Part shown: positions 29,026-41,958 of the stretch, in pieces
Layout of the letters: each line of letters starts with the position of its first letter
Numbering within the stretch: position 1 is the first letter of the stretch
From: Octopus vulgaris
Lineage: Eukaryota
Direction of reading: 5' to 3'
Assembly (NCBI GenBank): GCA_951406725.2
Contig: OX597843.1
Location: 17,670,001-17,734,000 of the forward strand
Length of the DNA: 64,000 bases
Notes under the pieces: model-generated
Databases searched by the model: none
Seen by the model: only the letters and a program-made list of their open reading frames with translations
Told to the model about the DNA's origin: nothing
Program-made: the position numbers and the translations under genes

Positions 29026-29380
29026 GTGAAGGTTTGTATGTTTTAAGTATATATTCTCATTCATAGTCACATATCTAGAGATGCGCATATATATTTAAAA
29101 GATAAACTTTTGGAAAGTTTTACAGACTTTTACAGTTCCAGTGATTGATTGGATCTGTATTTTTCGAATTAGCTTTCTCCCTTCTGGTTTTGAGAATCCT
29201 AATTTCTCATGATTGTGTTACATATCAGTGTGTTACATATCCCAGGGCCCCAGTAATTACAGGTATAAACCTGAACTTGTAATCTGGATAGAGTAACTGC
29301 AGATTCCTCAATAGTTCAACATAGGTCTTCTCTCTTTCACTGATCTTCAGCTTTATGTTAACATCCGCTGGGCAGCCGAA
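28781..29380 (-). mobile_element. 3' fragment of a restriction-like-endonuclease non-LTR retrotransposon (R4/Dong-like)
   Basis: Minus translation CPADVNIKLKISEREKTYVELL..FIPVITGALGYV, then (frameshifted) EKLGFSK..IQIQSITGTVKVCKTFQKFIF* ending at 29095; probable 3' UTR with (CATA)n. Confidence 0.75.
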
Positions 29381-29741
29381 TTCCGCTCTTCTATTTTTTG
29401 ATTATTATAAATCTTCCACTGAGGAGGGAGTCGGCTTCCAACAAAGATACAAAGCTTCGTCTTTTAGATGTAGTTTACAAAGTATGTATGTATTGCAAAG
29501 GATTTCCTGATACAGAGAATCAGTTACAGTATTTGAAGAAATATTTTCTCAAATTAAAAATCATGAATTATCTGAAAATATGGGAAAGTCGTAAAAGATC
29601 TAAATTCATACAAATATATATGGCGACATATAAGAGCAAGCGTGTATATACTTGAAAGGAACATCTTTATATATACATACATACATACATACATACATTT
29701 ATATATAAATATATGTATGTTTGTATGTATGTATGTATGTA

Positions 29742-29796
<55 letters not shown>

Positions 29797-30409
29797 ACAC
29801 AAACTAAAATAACAGAAACTGGCCGCAGGGTGAGCGCAGAGCAGGAGAAATTTTCAGAGAAAGATCTCCCATCCGACAAGTGTTTCGACCCTTCTACCTA
29901 ACACTCCACGGGACCCGGGCCCACCCAGGTCATGACACCGAGGTGTCCTCCTGTTGCTTTCCAAAATTCAGTCTCCAACAGGATTTGAACCTGGGTCTTT
30001 CTTTTATTCCCAGGTTTGTGTTTCCGCTCACCAACGAAAGAACCAGTTATCTCCTTCCTTCTATTCCTGTAAATAACCAATGGAATCCATAACCGGGTCC
30101 ACTGGTCATTCCTCTTCGCCCATATCCACTCACAAGCATTTAATTGTGGCCTTTGGTACTCAACTGCCCGAATAGCCGACGGGCTGATGCAGCAGCGAAT
30201 CCACGCGATCAAACTTTCAACGCACAAACACACGAACTCTTTGATCATGAACCGTAACTGCGACAAAATTGATCGTTTTGTCTATGGCTTAGCGGGAACT
30301 CGGAGGCGAAACACAATCTATTTTCTGGCACTAACGATTGTGGATTACCTATTTTATTCACTCCCTCGATTATGTTTGTGTACTTCATTTCACGTGGAAT
30401 AATATATAG

Positions 30410-30598
30410 ATCGTTAGCTCCTACACGCATTTTTTTCTCTCCTTGTTTTTTTTCTGTGTATCTTTCTGTCGAAGAGCGTTGGCTCGAAACGTAAAAGACT
30501 TGTTCTATTTCTATTCCTGAGCGCCATACTAATACATTTGTTTGTTTGTACTCCACCTGCCTTCATCTTTTGTTTATTTTCGTAAACCTTCCCGTTAT
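30410..30598 (+). mobile_element. Family B pLTR-like element with HHR-like motif at 30461-30498
   Basis: TCTTT-CTGTCGA-A-GAGC(GTTG)GCTC-GAAAC-GTA-AAAGA; homologous to 9523-9740. Confidence 0.75.
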
Positions 30599-30843
30599 AT
30601 ATATAGACATAAGGATAAAAATTTTCAAAATGTTTTTATCAGTGGCCAGCATATTAAAGTACTTTTTAAGGTTTCAACATGCTGTGAATTTATAGTGAAA
30701 ATATTGTATGTGTTTAGACAATCTAAAGCCTATTTTTCAGCATATTGGCATAGGAATTTGTTTTTTCTTTTACCCTTATTTATAATTATATATCTATATC
30801 TATATCTATATCTCTTTCTCTCTCTCTATATATATATACAAGC

Positions 30844-30881
<38 letters not shown>

Positions 30882-31055
30882 GTGTATACGTACATACATA
30901 CATACATACATACAAACATATAACATACACATATATACAGTTATATCTATGTACACATACATAAATATATTATATATCTATATCTATATCTATATATATC
31001 TCTCTCTCTATATATATATACAGTGTATATACATACATACATACATACATACATA

Positions 31056-31181
<126 letters not shown>

Positions 31182-31187
31182 ATGTAT

Positions 31188-31312
31188 AAGGATGAAAAGG
31201 AACACAAGAGTTGATATATATGAAAAAACAAGTCAAGATAGAAAATGCTAAAATAATTTTATAAAATCTTTATAAAATTAATTTAGCATTTTCTATCTTG
31301 ACTTGTTTTTTC
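31188..31312. mobile_element. Palindromic fragment of the Penelope pLTR tail (same family as 5548-5700)
   Basis: aaaaaacaagtcaagatagaaaatgctaaa..ataaa followed directly by its reverse complement; lies in (TA)n. Confidence 0.75.
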
Positions 31313-31350
<38 letters not shown>

Positions 31351-31545
31351 TAATTATAATTATAATAAAGGGTTATTTGCAACAAGTTGTTTAAACCACA
31401 TACCGAAAATATTAGAAATAGCAGCCAAATAGGTTATCATTACTATTACTACAAAAATAAGTTACCACCAACAACAGTATTTGTAACTCGTATATGGTAA
31501 AAAGAAGGAAGACAACGAAATCACAGTCTATATATATACATATAT

Positions 31546-31737
31546 AAAGTTAATCCAAACAAGAAAGCACAAAAAAAACACAACAACGCGAGGACGTGGA
31601 ACAAGTATAGTATTATTGGACGCTCAGGAAAGAAGGAAAGAAGGAGGGTTTAACGTTTAGAGCAGAGCTCTTCGTCGGAAACATAGGAGAAGGAAAGATC
31701 CAGAGAAGGGAAGACAGAGGGAAAAAAATCGCCAACG

Positions 31738-31742
<5 letters not shown>
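31546..31742 (-). mobile_element. Family A element; HHR motif 31648-31682 has G12>T
   Basis: Homologous to 11961-12170; GAAAC reads TAAAC. Confidence 0.75.
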
Positions 31743-31785
<43 letters not shown>

Positions 31786-32031
31786 GCTTCTATATAAGGA
31801 TAAAATTTTTTAAAAAAAAATTTCCTATGCCAATATGCTGAAAAGTAGACTCTAGATCTTCTAATCACAAACAATATTTTTCACTACAAATACACAGCGT
31901 TCCTGGCGAGGAACGCTGATGAAGAGAGAATCGTTTTGGATTAATCCAGAAATCGGTTCGATTCGGAGATAAACAGAATTTAAAAAAATTCTGTTAGCTT
32001 GCTTTCCTCGTTTCAACACGCTGTGTACATG

Positions 32032-32074
<43 letters not shown>

Positions 32075-32180
32075 TTAGTTGACGGTACATCTGTCGAAGC
32101 GCCACCATAGACAACAATTACATTCTGGATAAAATACCGCAAAATATTGCGCAAAACGTTGTCCTTCACCAACGTATGCT

Positions 32181-32592
32181 CTTTTACTCTTTTACTTGTT
32201 TCAGTCATTTGACTGCGGCCATGCTGGAGTACCGCCTTTAATCGAGCAACTCGACCCCGGGACTTATTCTTTTTTGTAAGCCCAGTACTTATTCTATCGG
32301 TCTCTTTTGCCGAACCGCTAAGTGACGGGGACATAAACACACCAGCATCGGTTGTCAAGCAATGCTAGGTGGGGGGGCAAACACACTCACACAAAACACA
32401 CACGCATATATATATATATATATATATACATATATATAACAGGCTTCTTTCAGTTTCCGTCTACCAAATCCACTCACAAGGCTTTGGTCGGCCCGAGGCT
32501 ATAGTAGAAGACACTTGCTCAAGGTCCCACGCAATGGGACTGAACCCGGAACCATATGGTTGGTAAACAAGCTACTTACCACACAGCCACTT
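32181..32592 (-). mobile_element. Major SINE family copy
   Basis: Reverse complement of the family sequence. Confidence 0.9.
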
Positions 32593-32732
32593 CTTCACCA
32601 ATGTATGTTGAACATATTTATATACACGCTGCTTTTTCCTGCGCTTTGGTTACTGATGTTCCTTACATATCCTTTTCCTGCATATATAAATGACGCTAAG
32701 TGTGGACTTACAGTAGGGGCCTTTATTTGGAA

Positions 32733-32793
32733 TCAAGGAGCCGTCACATTTTTCTGGGTTTTTTTACACACAATGCTATTATTGCTTTTAGTT
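32733..32793 (-). CDS. Possible terminal coding exon (phase 2)
   Basis: Acceptor TTTATTTCAG|; TKSNNSIVCKKTQKNVTAP*; GTAAGT donor at 32711. Confidence 0.25.
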
Positions 32794-33382
32794 CTGAAAT
32801 AAATGTTCCAGGTTCTAATTCTACCAATTATTGTATACCCCTCAAGGGTTATGTCACTTGGGGACTAACACAGATTAAAACTTGGACGTAAATATTATAA
32901 ATATATAGAGTAAAGATTAATGCTTCTAATCCAGTCCGATACCTATCAGAGATCAAACCAGAAGATGCAGAGAATAGATGTAAACATTGTAGATAGATGC
33001 TTTAAAAATGTCTAGGAATAAGAGATATATTTTAAATATTCATTGCAAGGATGAACTTATTCGTTAATTATTACATTAATTAACTGCAACCTCTCTGAGA
33101 CATTTAATTATGAAAAGACACGATATAATAAAAAGAATTCCAACAAAGAAAATTTAGAAGCGTACGGATGTGATTTGAACTCTCAGTCATTGTCTTTCTA
33201 GCCGACAACGTTACTTATTACAATATATGAGTGTAAGGTTTACGGTTTTCTGTTTGTTATTTTCTTTATTTAGTAAAACAATAGAAGTAGAACGAAGTGG
33301 TGATGTTCAGCGTCGGTACAAGGTTGTAGAAAAATATGAAAGACAGGAATAATGTTTATGTGGCAAAGAAGACGAAACTTAC

Positions 33383-33413
33383 GACGTTTCCGAGAAGAGT
33401 CTTTCATCATCGA
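33383..33413 (-). CDS. Possible micro-exon (31 nt, phase 1-2)
   Basis: Pyrimidine tract TTTCTCTGTTTTTCTCGCCAAAG|, donor |GTAAGT; VDDERLFSETS; also resembles a decayed HHR. Confidence 0.3.
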
Positions 33414-33559
33414 CTTTGGCGAGAAAAACAGAGAAATGATAAGACATGGATTGCGAGGCGAAATTGTGGATGATATCTAAACATTTGGAGAGTATCAAAC
33501 GGAACTGCTTTAATCAAGAAATATACAACGGTACATATACGTTCCTATGAATCTGTGCA

Positions 33560-33625
<66 letters not shown>

Positions 33626-33711
33626 CATATATATATATAAAGACATATATACATACACACATATTTATATTTATGTATGTATGTGTACATAGATATAACT
33701 GTATATATGTT

Positions 33712-33753
<42 letters not shown>

Positions 33754-33782
33754 TGTATGTATGTATGTATGTACCTATACAC

Positions 33783-33822
<40 letters not shown>

Positions 33823-33955
33823 GCTTGTACATTTTTGTTGGAATTTTTTTATTATAATATCACGTTTTCATTTTCATAATTAAATAGGCGTAGGAGTGGC
33901 TGTGTGGTAAGTAGCTTGCTTACGAACATATTATATATATATATATATATATATA

Positions 33956-34160
33956 CCGGAGTAAACACATAAATGTGAAACAAGGTGGAAAAAAGAGTGT
34001 ATAAATACCAGGGGTAGAGTAATATGCTTTATTTAAAAGCAGCAGAAAATTCAACAAAACCTGTTACTCTGAGTTTCACGTTCCCGTTCGTCGGACGGGA
34101 TCGTGAAACTCAGAGTAACAGGTCTTGTTGAATTTTCTGCTGCTTTTAAATAAAGTATAT
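33956..34160 (-). mobile_element. Fold-back element with C4-variant HHR at 34060-34099
   Basis: CCCGT-CCGACGA-ACG(GGAA)CGT-GAAAC-TCAGA-GTA-ACAGG; inverted arms 34022-34087 / 34095-34160; tail fragment also at 12218-12294. Confidence 0.8.
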
Positions 34161-34742
34161 ATATATATATATATATATACCATATCGTACATATATATAT
34201 ATATGTGTACTATATATGCGTATATATACTCATATATAATAAATATATAATGATATACTCTAAAATACATACACATACATAAGTGCGTGTGTATATATAC
34301 ATGCATATATATATATATATAATCTTCGTTCAGCTCCATTTCTTCCTACACTAAATATATAAAACTTCAAATTTCCGCACTAAGGCACGGATTTTAGGCC
34401 CCATGGTCGTAACCTCAACCGTGCTTTTCTGTTGTGATTTTTGCTACCCAGGTATCGGTTATCATTTGAATAATCCGTAATAAGATAATTCATTTATCTA
34501 CTTCAATAATCATATATATATATATATATATGTGCATGCATATTACATACATGCACACACATCGAGACAGACGTGCACACACACATATATGGAATATTAT
34601 ATAATATATAGAGTTGATGGTTTGATAGATGGCTAGACAGGGAAACAGATCAACCGATCGGATGGATTCGCAAGCCTTTGTTTATTCGGATGTATATTTG
34701 GGGAGTAACGAAAGTCGTTATATACATACATGCGAACATACA

Positions 34743-34783
<41 letters not shown>

Positions 34784-35055
34784 GTGCGGGGGGGTGAGTG
34801 CGTGCGCAGATAACGTATTTATATATATTATTTATATTATATATATTATATATATTACATATATATCATTTATATTATATATATTATGTATATATATTAC
34901 TTATATTATTTATATTATATATATATTATTTATATTATATATATTACATATATATCATTTATATTATATATATTATGTATATATATTACTTATATTATTT
35001 ATATTATATATATATTACTTATATTATTTATATTATATATACATTATATATATTA

Positions 35056-35107
<52 letters not shown>

Positions 35108-35458
35108 TGTTTATATCATACATATATACATTATATATATATGTATATTCTTTCTATATAATAGTAAGTGGTCCTTCGTCGTTGTCGGCGGTGAGTGTCC
35201 CAGTTATTTAATCAACAGACTTTAATCAACAGATGAAACTGCAGACTTATTTAAATGCACGATATAATCAGGGACACATTTTTTCGTAATTAGATTGTAT
35301 GAAGGTTGAATCTGGAGGCAGGTTTATGGAGTATACCTAAAAGGGAATTTATATTGAACTTTGATAAGACAGGTACCAGTTGGACACTCGGTTTGCTATA
35401 ATCGATTTGTCTCTCTTCAGCAAAATTTCAGGCCTTTTGCCAAGAGTAGAAAGGTTAC

Positions 35459-35527
35459 CTGTGGGTGGAGTAGCCTGTAGTCTGGATCCGCGTGGCACAG
35501 ATTCTGATGTCGAACAAGACAACAAGG
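35459..35527 (-). CDS. Possible internal exon (69 nt, phase 1-1)
   Basis: Donor CAG|GTAACC; weak (TA)nG acceptor; ALLSCSTSESVPRGSRLQATPPT in frame. Confidence 0.25.
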
Positions 35528-35554
35528 CTATATATATATATATATATATATATA

Positions 35555-35618
35555 TAGCCTCGGGCCGACCAAAGCCTTGTGAGTGGATTTGGTAGACGGA
35601 AACTGAAAGAAGCCCGTC

Positions 35619-35655
<37 letters not shown>

Positions 35656-36056
35656 TGTGTGTGTTTGTGTGTCTGTGTTTGTCCCCCTAGCATTGTTTGA
35701 CAACCTATGCTGGTGTGTTTATGTCCCCGTCACTTAGCTGTTCGGCAAAAGAGACCGATAGAATAAGTACTGGGCTTACAAAAAAAAAAATAAGTCCCGG
35801 GGTCGATTTGCTCGATTAAAGGCGGTGCTCCAGCATGGCCGCAGTCAAATGACTGAAACAAGTAAAAGAGTAAAAGAGTAAAGAGAGATATATCATACAT
35901 AGATTCCCTTGGGTGTATGCATTGATAGCTCAACCAACGCCTCAACTCAACTACATATTTACAAACACTGGCAACCCTCTTAACACAAATTTGGCTGCTT
36001 TGTTAGCGATCACCTTTAGTCTCTTAAGAAGAACGTAAATAAACTCAAAGAAATAA

Positions 36057-36093
<37 letters not shown>

Positions 36094-36454
36094 TCTTTTA
36101 CTTGTTTCAGTCATTTGACTGTGGCCATGTTGGAGCACCGCTTTTAGTCGGACAAATCGACCCCCGAGATTTAATTTTTGTAAGCATAGTATTTATTCTA
36201 TCGGTGTCTTCTGCCGAACCGCTAAGTTACGGGAACGTAAACACACCAGTATCGATTGTCAAGTGATGTTGGGGGGACAAAAAAACAAATGCAAACATAT
36301 ACACACACATACACACATATACATATATATGAAAGGCTTCTTTCAGTTTCCGTCTACCAAATCCACTCACAAAACTTTGGTCGGCCCGACACGAATGAAC
36401 CCGGAACCATGTGGTTGGTAAGCAAGCTACTTACCACACAGCCACTCCTGCGCC

Positions 36455-36455
<1 letters not shown>
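35555..36455. mobile_element. Two major-family SINEs, tail to tail (35555-35885 +, 36094-36455 -)
   Basis: Homology to the family sequence; could pair as dsRNA. Confidence 0.85.
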
Positions 36456-36500
<45 letters not shown>

Positions 36501-36545
36501 TATATTGTGTTTTTGTTCAATTTTTGAAATATATATAATATATAT

Positions 36546-36600
<55 letters not shown>

Positions 36601-36647
36601 GTTTTTGTTCAATTTTTGAAATATATATAATATATATATATACATAC

Positions 36648-37631
36648 AAGTTTCACAGGCAATACAGAACCCTGAGGACACTAAACACCTGCAATGTGAG
36701 CTAGACGAAATATACAAGTGGGCTGAAAAGAATAGCATGCAGTTCAATGCTGGAAAGTTTCAAGCTTTATACTATCAGCATGCAAAACTGAATGCAATAC
36801 CCAATGAATACACTGGACCCGGAGGGATTGCAATCCCAGAGGCACAATCAGTGCGTGACCTGGGTATTCACATGAGTGATGACGCGACCTTTCATGTACA
36901 TGTTGCTAAACTGACAATGAAATGTAGACGGCTGGCTGGATGGATTCTTAGAACCTTTAGAACAAGAGAACAAGAAACCATGATGGTCCTCTGGAAGACA
37001 CTTGTCCTAAGCCACTTTGACTATTGCTCTCAGCTATGGTCACCATCCAGTGTCAAGTTGATCACAGAACTTGAGGCGATCCAACGAAGCTACACAAAGA
37101 AGATAGCCTCTATGCAGAATGTAAGCTACTGGGAAAGACTCAAGAGATTAAAATTATATTCCCTGGAGCGTAGGCGGGAAAGATATGCCATAATATACAT
37201 CTGGAAGATCCTGGAGGGAAGTGTCCTGAACTTTGGCATCGAGAGTTACGCAAATGCCAGAACTGGGCGCCACTGCGTGGTGCCTAGGACTCCAAACCTG
37301 CCATCAAGATGTAGGACAAGATACTGTGATAGCCTGGGCTTCCGAGGCCCACAGCTCTTCAATATCCTCCCGAAGAACCTGAGAGACCTGCATGGGGTGG
37401 ATACAGATGTCTTTAAAATGAAGCTGGATCTCTTCCTGTCAGGTGTCCCAGATGAACCAACTTCACGGCAGGAGGGGCAGATGAGGGCAGCTGCATCGAA
37501 CTCTCTCATGCACCAAATAGCAGTTGCTAGAAAGCCTCCATGAAGTGAAACCAAGTAGCAACACCAAATGGCGGTGCCCCAGCATGGCCACAGCTCATAA
37601 GCTGAAACTAGAATCAATCAATCAATCAATC
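36648..37631 (+). mobile_element. 5'-truncated CR1/L2-type LINE (RT C-terminal region, 3' UTR, (ATCA)n tail)
   Basis: Uninterrupted frame ..ELDEIYKWAEKNSMQFNAGKF..DLGI..HFDYCSQLWSP..LEAIQR..YWERLKRLKLYSLERRRER to the stop at 37543; truncated just downstream of where the catalytic DD motif is expected. Confidence 0.9.
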
Positions 37632-37734
<103 letters not shown>

Positions 37735-37912
37735 TGTGTGTGTGTGTGTGTGTGTGTATATTATATATATTTCAAAAATTGAACAAAAACACAATAACAG
37801 AAAATTCGTTGCTAATTCCTCGTCAGTCAATATCCAAAAGATCATTTCAATTTCGCGCGTACAGACAGACAGACTGGCGGATGGACAGACTAACAGACAG
37901 ACAGCCGGATGT

Positions 37913-38234
<322 letters not shown>

Positions 38235-38517
38235 AAGAGAGGGAGAAAGAAAGCTCTAACTTTACCAGAAAAGGTCTCTCTGTCTATGCGACAATGAAAG
38301 CCAAAGATTTTCATGTTTTATGAGTCTATAGATCGAACTAATCTTCTCTCTCCTTATTTCACAAGGAAAATCGCCATAAGTTATAAACAAACATTTTAAA
38401 GGAAAAAAAGTTACGTTAAAAATATTTTTCGAAATCTGTTTCTTAGCTTTTTTTTTAATGAATTACGATTGTGTGTAAGAAATAGGTGAAGAACATGCTT
38501 TTTATTTAGTTTTTTAA

Positions 38518-38681
38518 GCGCAGGAGTGGCTGTGTGGTAAGTAGCTTGCTAACCAACCACATGGTTCCGGGTTCAGTCCCACTGCGTGGCATCTTGGGCA
38601 AGTGTCTTCTGCTATAACCCCGGGCCGACCAAAGTCTTGTGAGTGGATTTGGTAGACGGAAACTGAAAGAAGCCCGTCGTA

Positions 38682-38754
<73 letters not shown>

Positions 38755-38965
38755 CTATGTTTGTATCTCTAGCATTGCTTGACAACCGATGCTGGTGTGT
38801 TTACGTCCCCGTCACTTAGCTGTTCGGCAAAAGAGACGATAGAATAAGTACTGGGCTTACAAAAAAAGAATAAGTCCCGGGGTCGATTTGGTCGACTAAA
38901 GGCGGTGCTCCAGCAAGGCCGCAGTCAAATGACTGAAACAAGTAAAAGAGTAAAAGAGAGTAAGG
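38518..38965 (+). mobile_element. Major SINE family with internal (TA)n, full length
   Basis: gcgcaggagtggctgtgtggtaag head, GGTTCAGTCCC box, tail ggcggtgctccagcatggccgcagtcaaatgactgaaacaag(TAAAAGAG)n; more than 25 copies or fragments in the window. Confidence 0.9.
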
Positions 38966-39414
38966 AGAGTGACACAAACTTTCCGGATTCTGACAATCCG
39001 AAACCTCATATAATCCGGATATAATCCGAGGAGGGACTTCAAATCCCGGCGTCCACCAGACTAATTACCCGGCACGGCACAGTACTAACGAACTTATGCA
39101 ATTGATACTGAATGTATATATTGGTCCCTGTATTTCTTTTAATTATTTAATTAATTAATTAACCTTTTTGTTTAATTAAGAGTAAGACCACACCCGGAAA
39201 CATCGGTCATCCAGAATGGCTTTGGAAGCAGCCAACGTTGTACCTGTATATGTATGTGTGTATATGTATGTGTGTGGCGCAAGCGTGTGAGCGTGTATAT
39301 ATATATGTATATACATATATTTGTGCGTGTGTGAGAGTGCGTGTATGTGTGTGCATTTGTGTGTATAAATATGCACTCATATTTACATTTTAAACACATA
39401 TGTATGTGTGTGTA

Positions 39415-39463
<49 letters not shown>

Positions 39464-39586
39464 TAGCGGTGGTGCCCCAGCATGGCCGCAGCCTTCGGTC
39501 TGAAACATTTTAAAGGATTTGTACGTACATATATATATATATACATATATATACACATTTAGATATAGATAGATATAGATATTTAG

Positions 39587-39617
<31 letters not shown>

Positions 39618-39666
39618 TAAATATATGTGTATATATATACATATATATATATATACACATATATGC

Positions 39667-39727
<61 letters not shown>

Positions 39728-39871
39728 TATATACACACACATATATACACACATATATATGTATATATAGGTATGTATGTATATATTTATACAAATATAT
39801 ATATGCATGTATGCGCAAAGAAACAAATGGACAGACAGACTGACACAGAGACAGACAGGCACTGCTTTTAC

Positions 39872-40054
39872 CTGATGAGTAGAGTACGGTTAATTTCACA
39901 ACAATACAATCCTTTCTCCTCCGAACGTTAACCCTCCGGAACTCGCTCACTCTGTATCGTTTTTCCTGTTGCCATTGACTTGACACAGCAGAAGATTGAC
40001 GGGGTGGGGTCGGAAATAGGTGGGGTCTGTGAAAGTCATGGGTACTGCCTCTTC
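39872..40054 (-). CDS. Putative internal exon (183 nt, phase 1-1)
   Basis: Acceptor ..GACAG|, donor CAG|GTAAAA; continues in frame as [36 protein letters not shown]. Confidence 0.45.
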
Positions 40055-40089
40055 CTGTCGACTTCGTTAATAAGAAAGTGGGAAAATAC

Positions 40090-40720
40090 AGCGATATCAC
40101 AACAGCGGAACCTTTCGTCTCAATTATGCGATATCACAACAAAATCACATCATCCAAGACACAGCTTCTTTATATCACAACATCACATCACAACAGCACT
40201 CAACAATATAAAAAAAGCACAGAAAAACCCCACAAAGTCACAATAACCTCTCAAAGTAACATATCACATCTCAACAGCATCACAATATTACAGCACAACA
40301 TTACATCACGGCAATACCACAACACGAAGCAAGTCCATAACAACGCCTCTTCACAACAAAACAATATCACACCACAACAAAACAAAGGCATAACAACGCA
40401 ACGCCTCTACATCCCAACGCACAACACTTAACGACACAACACACCACAAAGCAACCTAACAATATATCCTTACTTCAAAACAACTTCACACCACAAGAAA
40501 CAACAGCGTCACAACGCAACCTCACGTCACAACAATACCACAATAGCACACGGACAACGACACACCACAACACAAACCCTTAAAATCACCCAACATCGCA
40601 ATAATTTAAAATAAAAACTACAATGTCCCACTACAAGATAGAACACCTCACAACATGACGACAATAAACATCACAAAGTCACAACATCGCCACAGAGAAT
40701 ATTTCACAAAGAGGTGCACC
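40090..40720. repeat. Degenerate (CACAA/CATCA)-like pentamer low-complexity tract
   Basis: Strongly A/C-skewed with recurring acaac and atcac. Confidence 0.7.
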
Positions 40721-41040
40721 ACAACTCCGGCCCCGAGACCCGGCATTTTGAGCGAGGACGAGCATTGGGTCCCGCAGTGGGCGATTCAGAGCGACTCAAA
40801 ATGTTACCCCACTGCGCTAAAACAGTAGCCAGTCCATCTCTGGAGGAACTATCCGAGTGAAGTACTCCTCCGGTGTAGGGTTCGAAAACCTGTCATGCTC
40901 GGTCCACAATATGGACCTAGCGCTGGATTAACCATTAAGCAAAATAAGCATGTGCTGAGAACTTCAAGTCGGGAAAGGGCACCACAGAAATAGTTAATGG
41001 TTTACGGTACAAAAGAAATCACTTTTAATTTACTGAAATA

Positions 41041-41192
41041 CTGTGTGGTAAGTAGCTTGCTAACCAACCACATGGTTCCGGGTTCAGTCCCACTGCATGA
41101 CATATTGGGCAAGTGTCTTCTGCTATAATCCCGGGCCGACCAATGCCTTGTGAGTGGATTTAGTAGACGGAAACTGAAAGAAGCCTGTCGTA

Positions 41193-41247
<55 letters not shown>

Positions 41248-41470
41248 GTGTGTGTGTGTTTGTGTGTCTGTGTTTGTCCCCCTAGCATTGCTTGATAACC
41301 GATGCTGGTGTGTTTACGTCCCCGTCACTTAGCGGTTCGACAAAAAAGACCGATAGAATAAGTACTGGGCTAACAAAGAATAAGTCCCGGGGTCGATTTG
41401 CTCTATTAAAGGCGGTGCTCCAGCATGGCGGCAGTCAAATGACTGAAACAAGTAAAAGAGTAAAAGAGAG
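41041..41470 (+). mobile_element. Major SINE family copy
   Basis: Colinear with the family sequence. Confidence 0.9.
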
Positions 41471-41736
41471 AGAGTTTATCTGATCGGAAATATAATTTCA
41501 AAGTGTTCACGGTGTCACAGTGAGGATCTGATCAAGGACTTTGAAAAACATAAATTGGTTTTCTGGTTCATTAATGGTAAAATATTTCTTTACCTTCACC
41601 CATTTAATACAAAAAGTAAGTTAATTGCATTGCAATTAAAAACTCTTGTGTATTAATAATTTGGGTATTATACCAACAGTATATTGGATAAGTATTATAC
41701 CTTATTGTGTTGGATCCACAACCCCTAACTTATTTG

Positions 41737-41786
<50 letters not shown>

Positions 41787-41791
<5 letters not shown>

Positions 41792-41958
41792 TAATCCAAA
41801 CCAGAAAGCACAAAGAGAAAACACAACAACGCGAGGACGTGGAACAAATATAGTATTATTGGACGCTCAGGAAAGAAGGAAAGGGGGAGGATTTAACGTT
41901 TAGAGCGGAGCTCTTCGTCGGAAACATAGGAGAAGGAAAGATCCAGAGAAGGGAAGAC
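41787..41958 (-). mobile_element. Family A element; HHR motif 41891-41925 has G12>T
   Basis: Homologous to 11961-12170; lies in (TA)n. Confidence 0.75.

Noticed and set aside
32712-32760. Receptor-phosphatase-like peptide NPEKCDGSLIPNKGPY
   Set aside because: It needs a frameshift in an A7 run and has no neighbouring supporting exons.
33380-33415. Functional hammerhead (ATGATGA..GAAAC-GTC, minus strand)
   Set aside because: C3 is replaced by A and stem I does not pair; kept only as a possible micro-exon or remnant.
38255-38326. Minus-strand exon ([19 protein letters not shown])
   Set aside because: Open only in phase 2; joined to the phase 1 upstream exon it stops immediately, and any domain resemblance is too weak.
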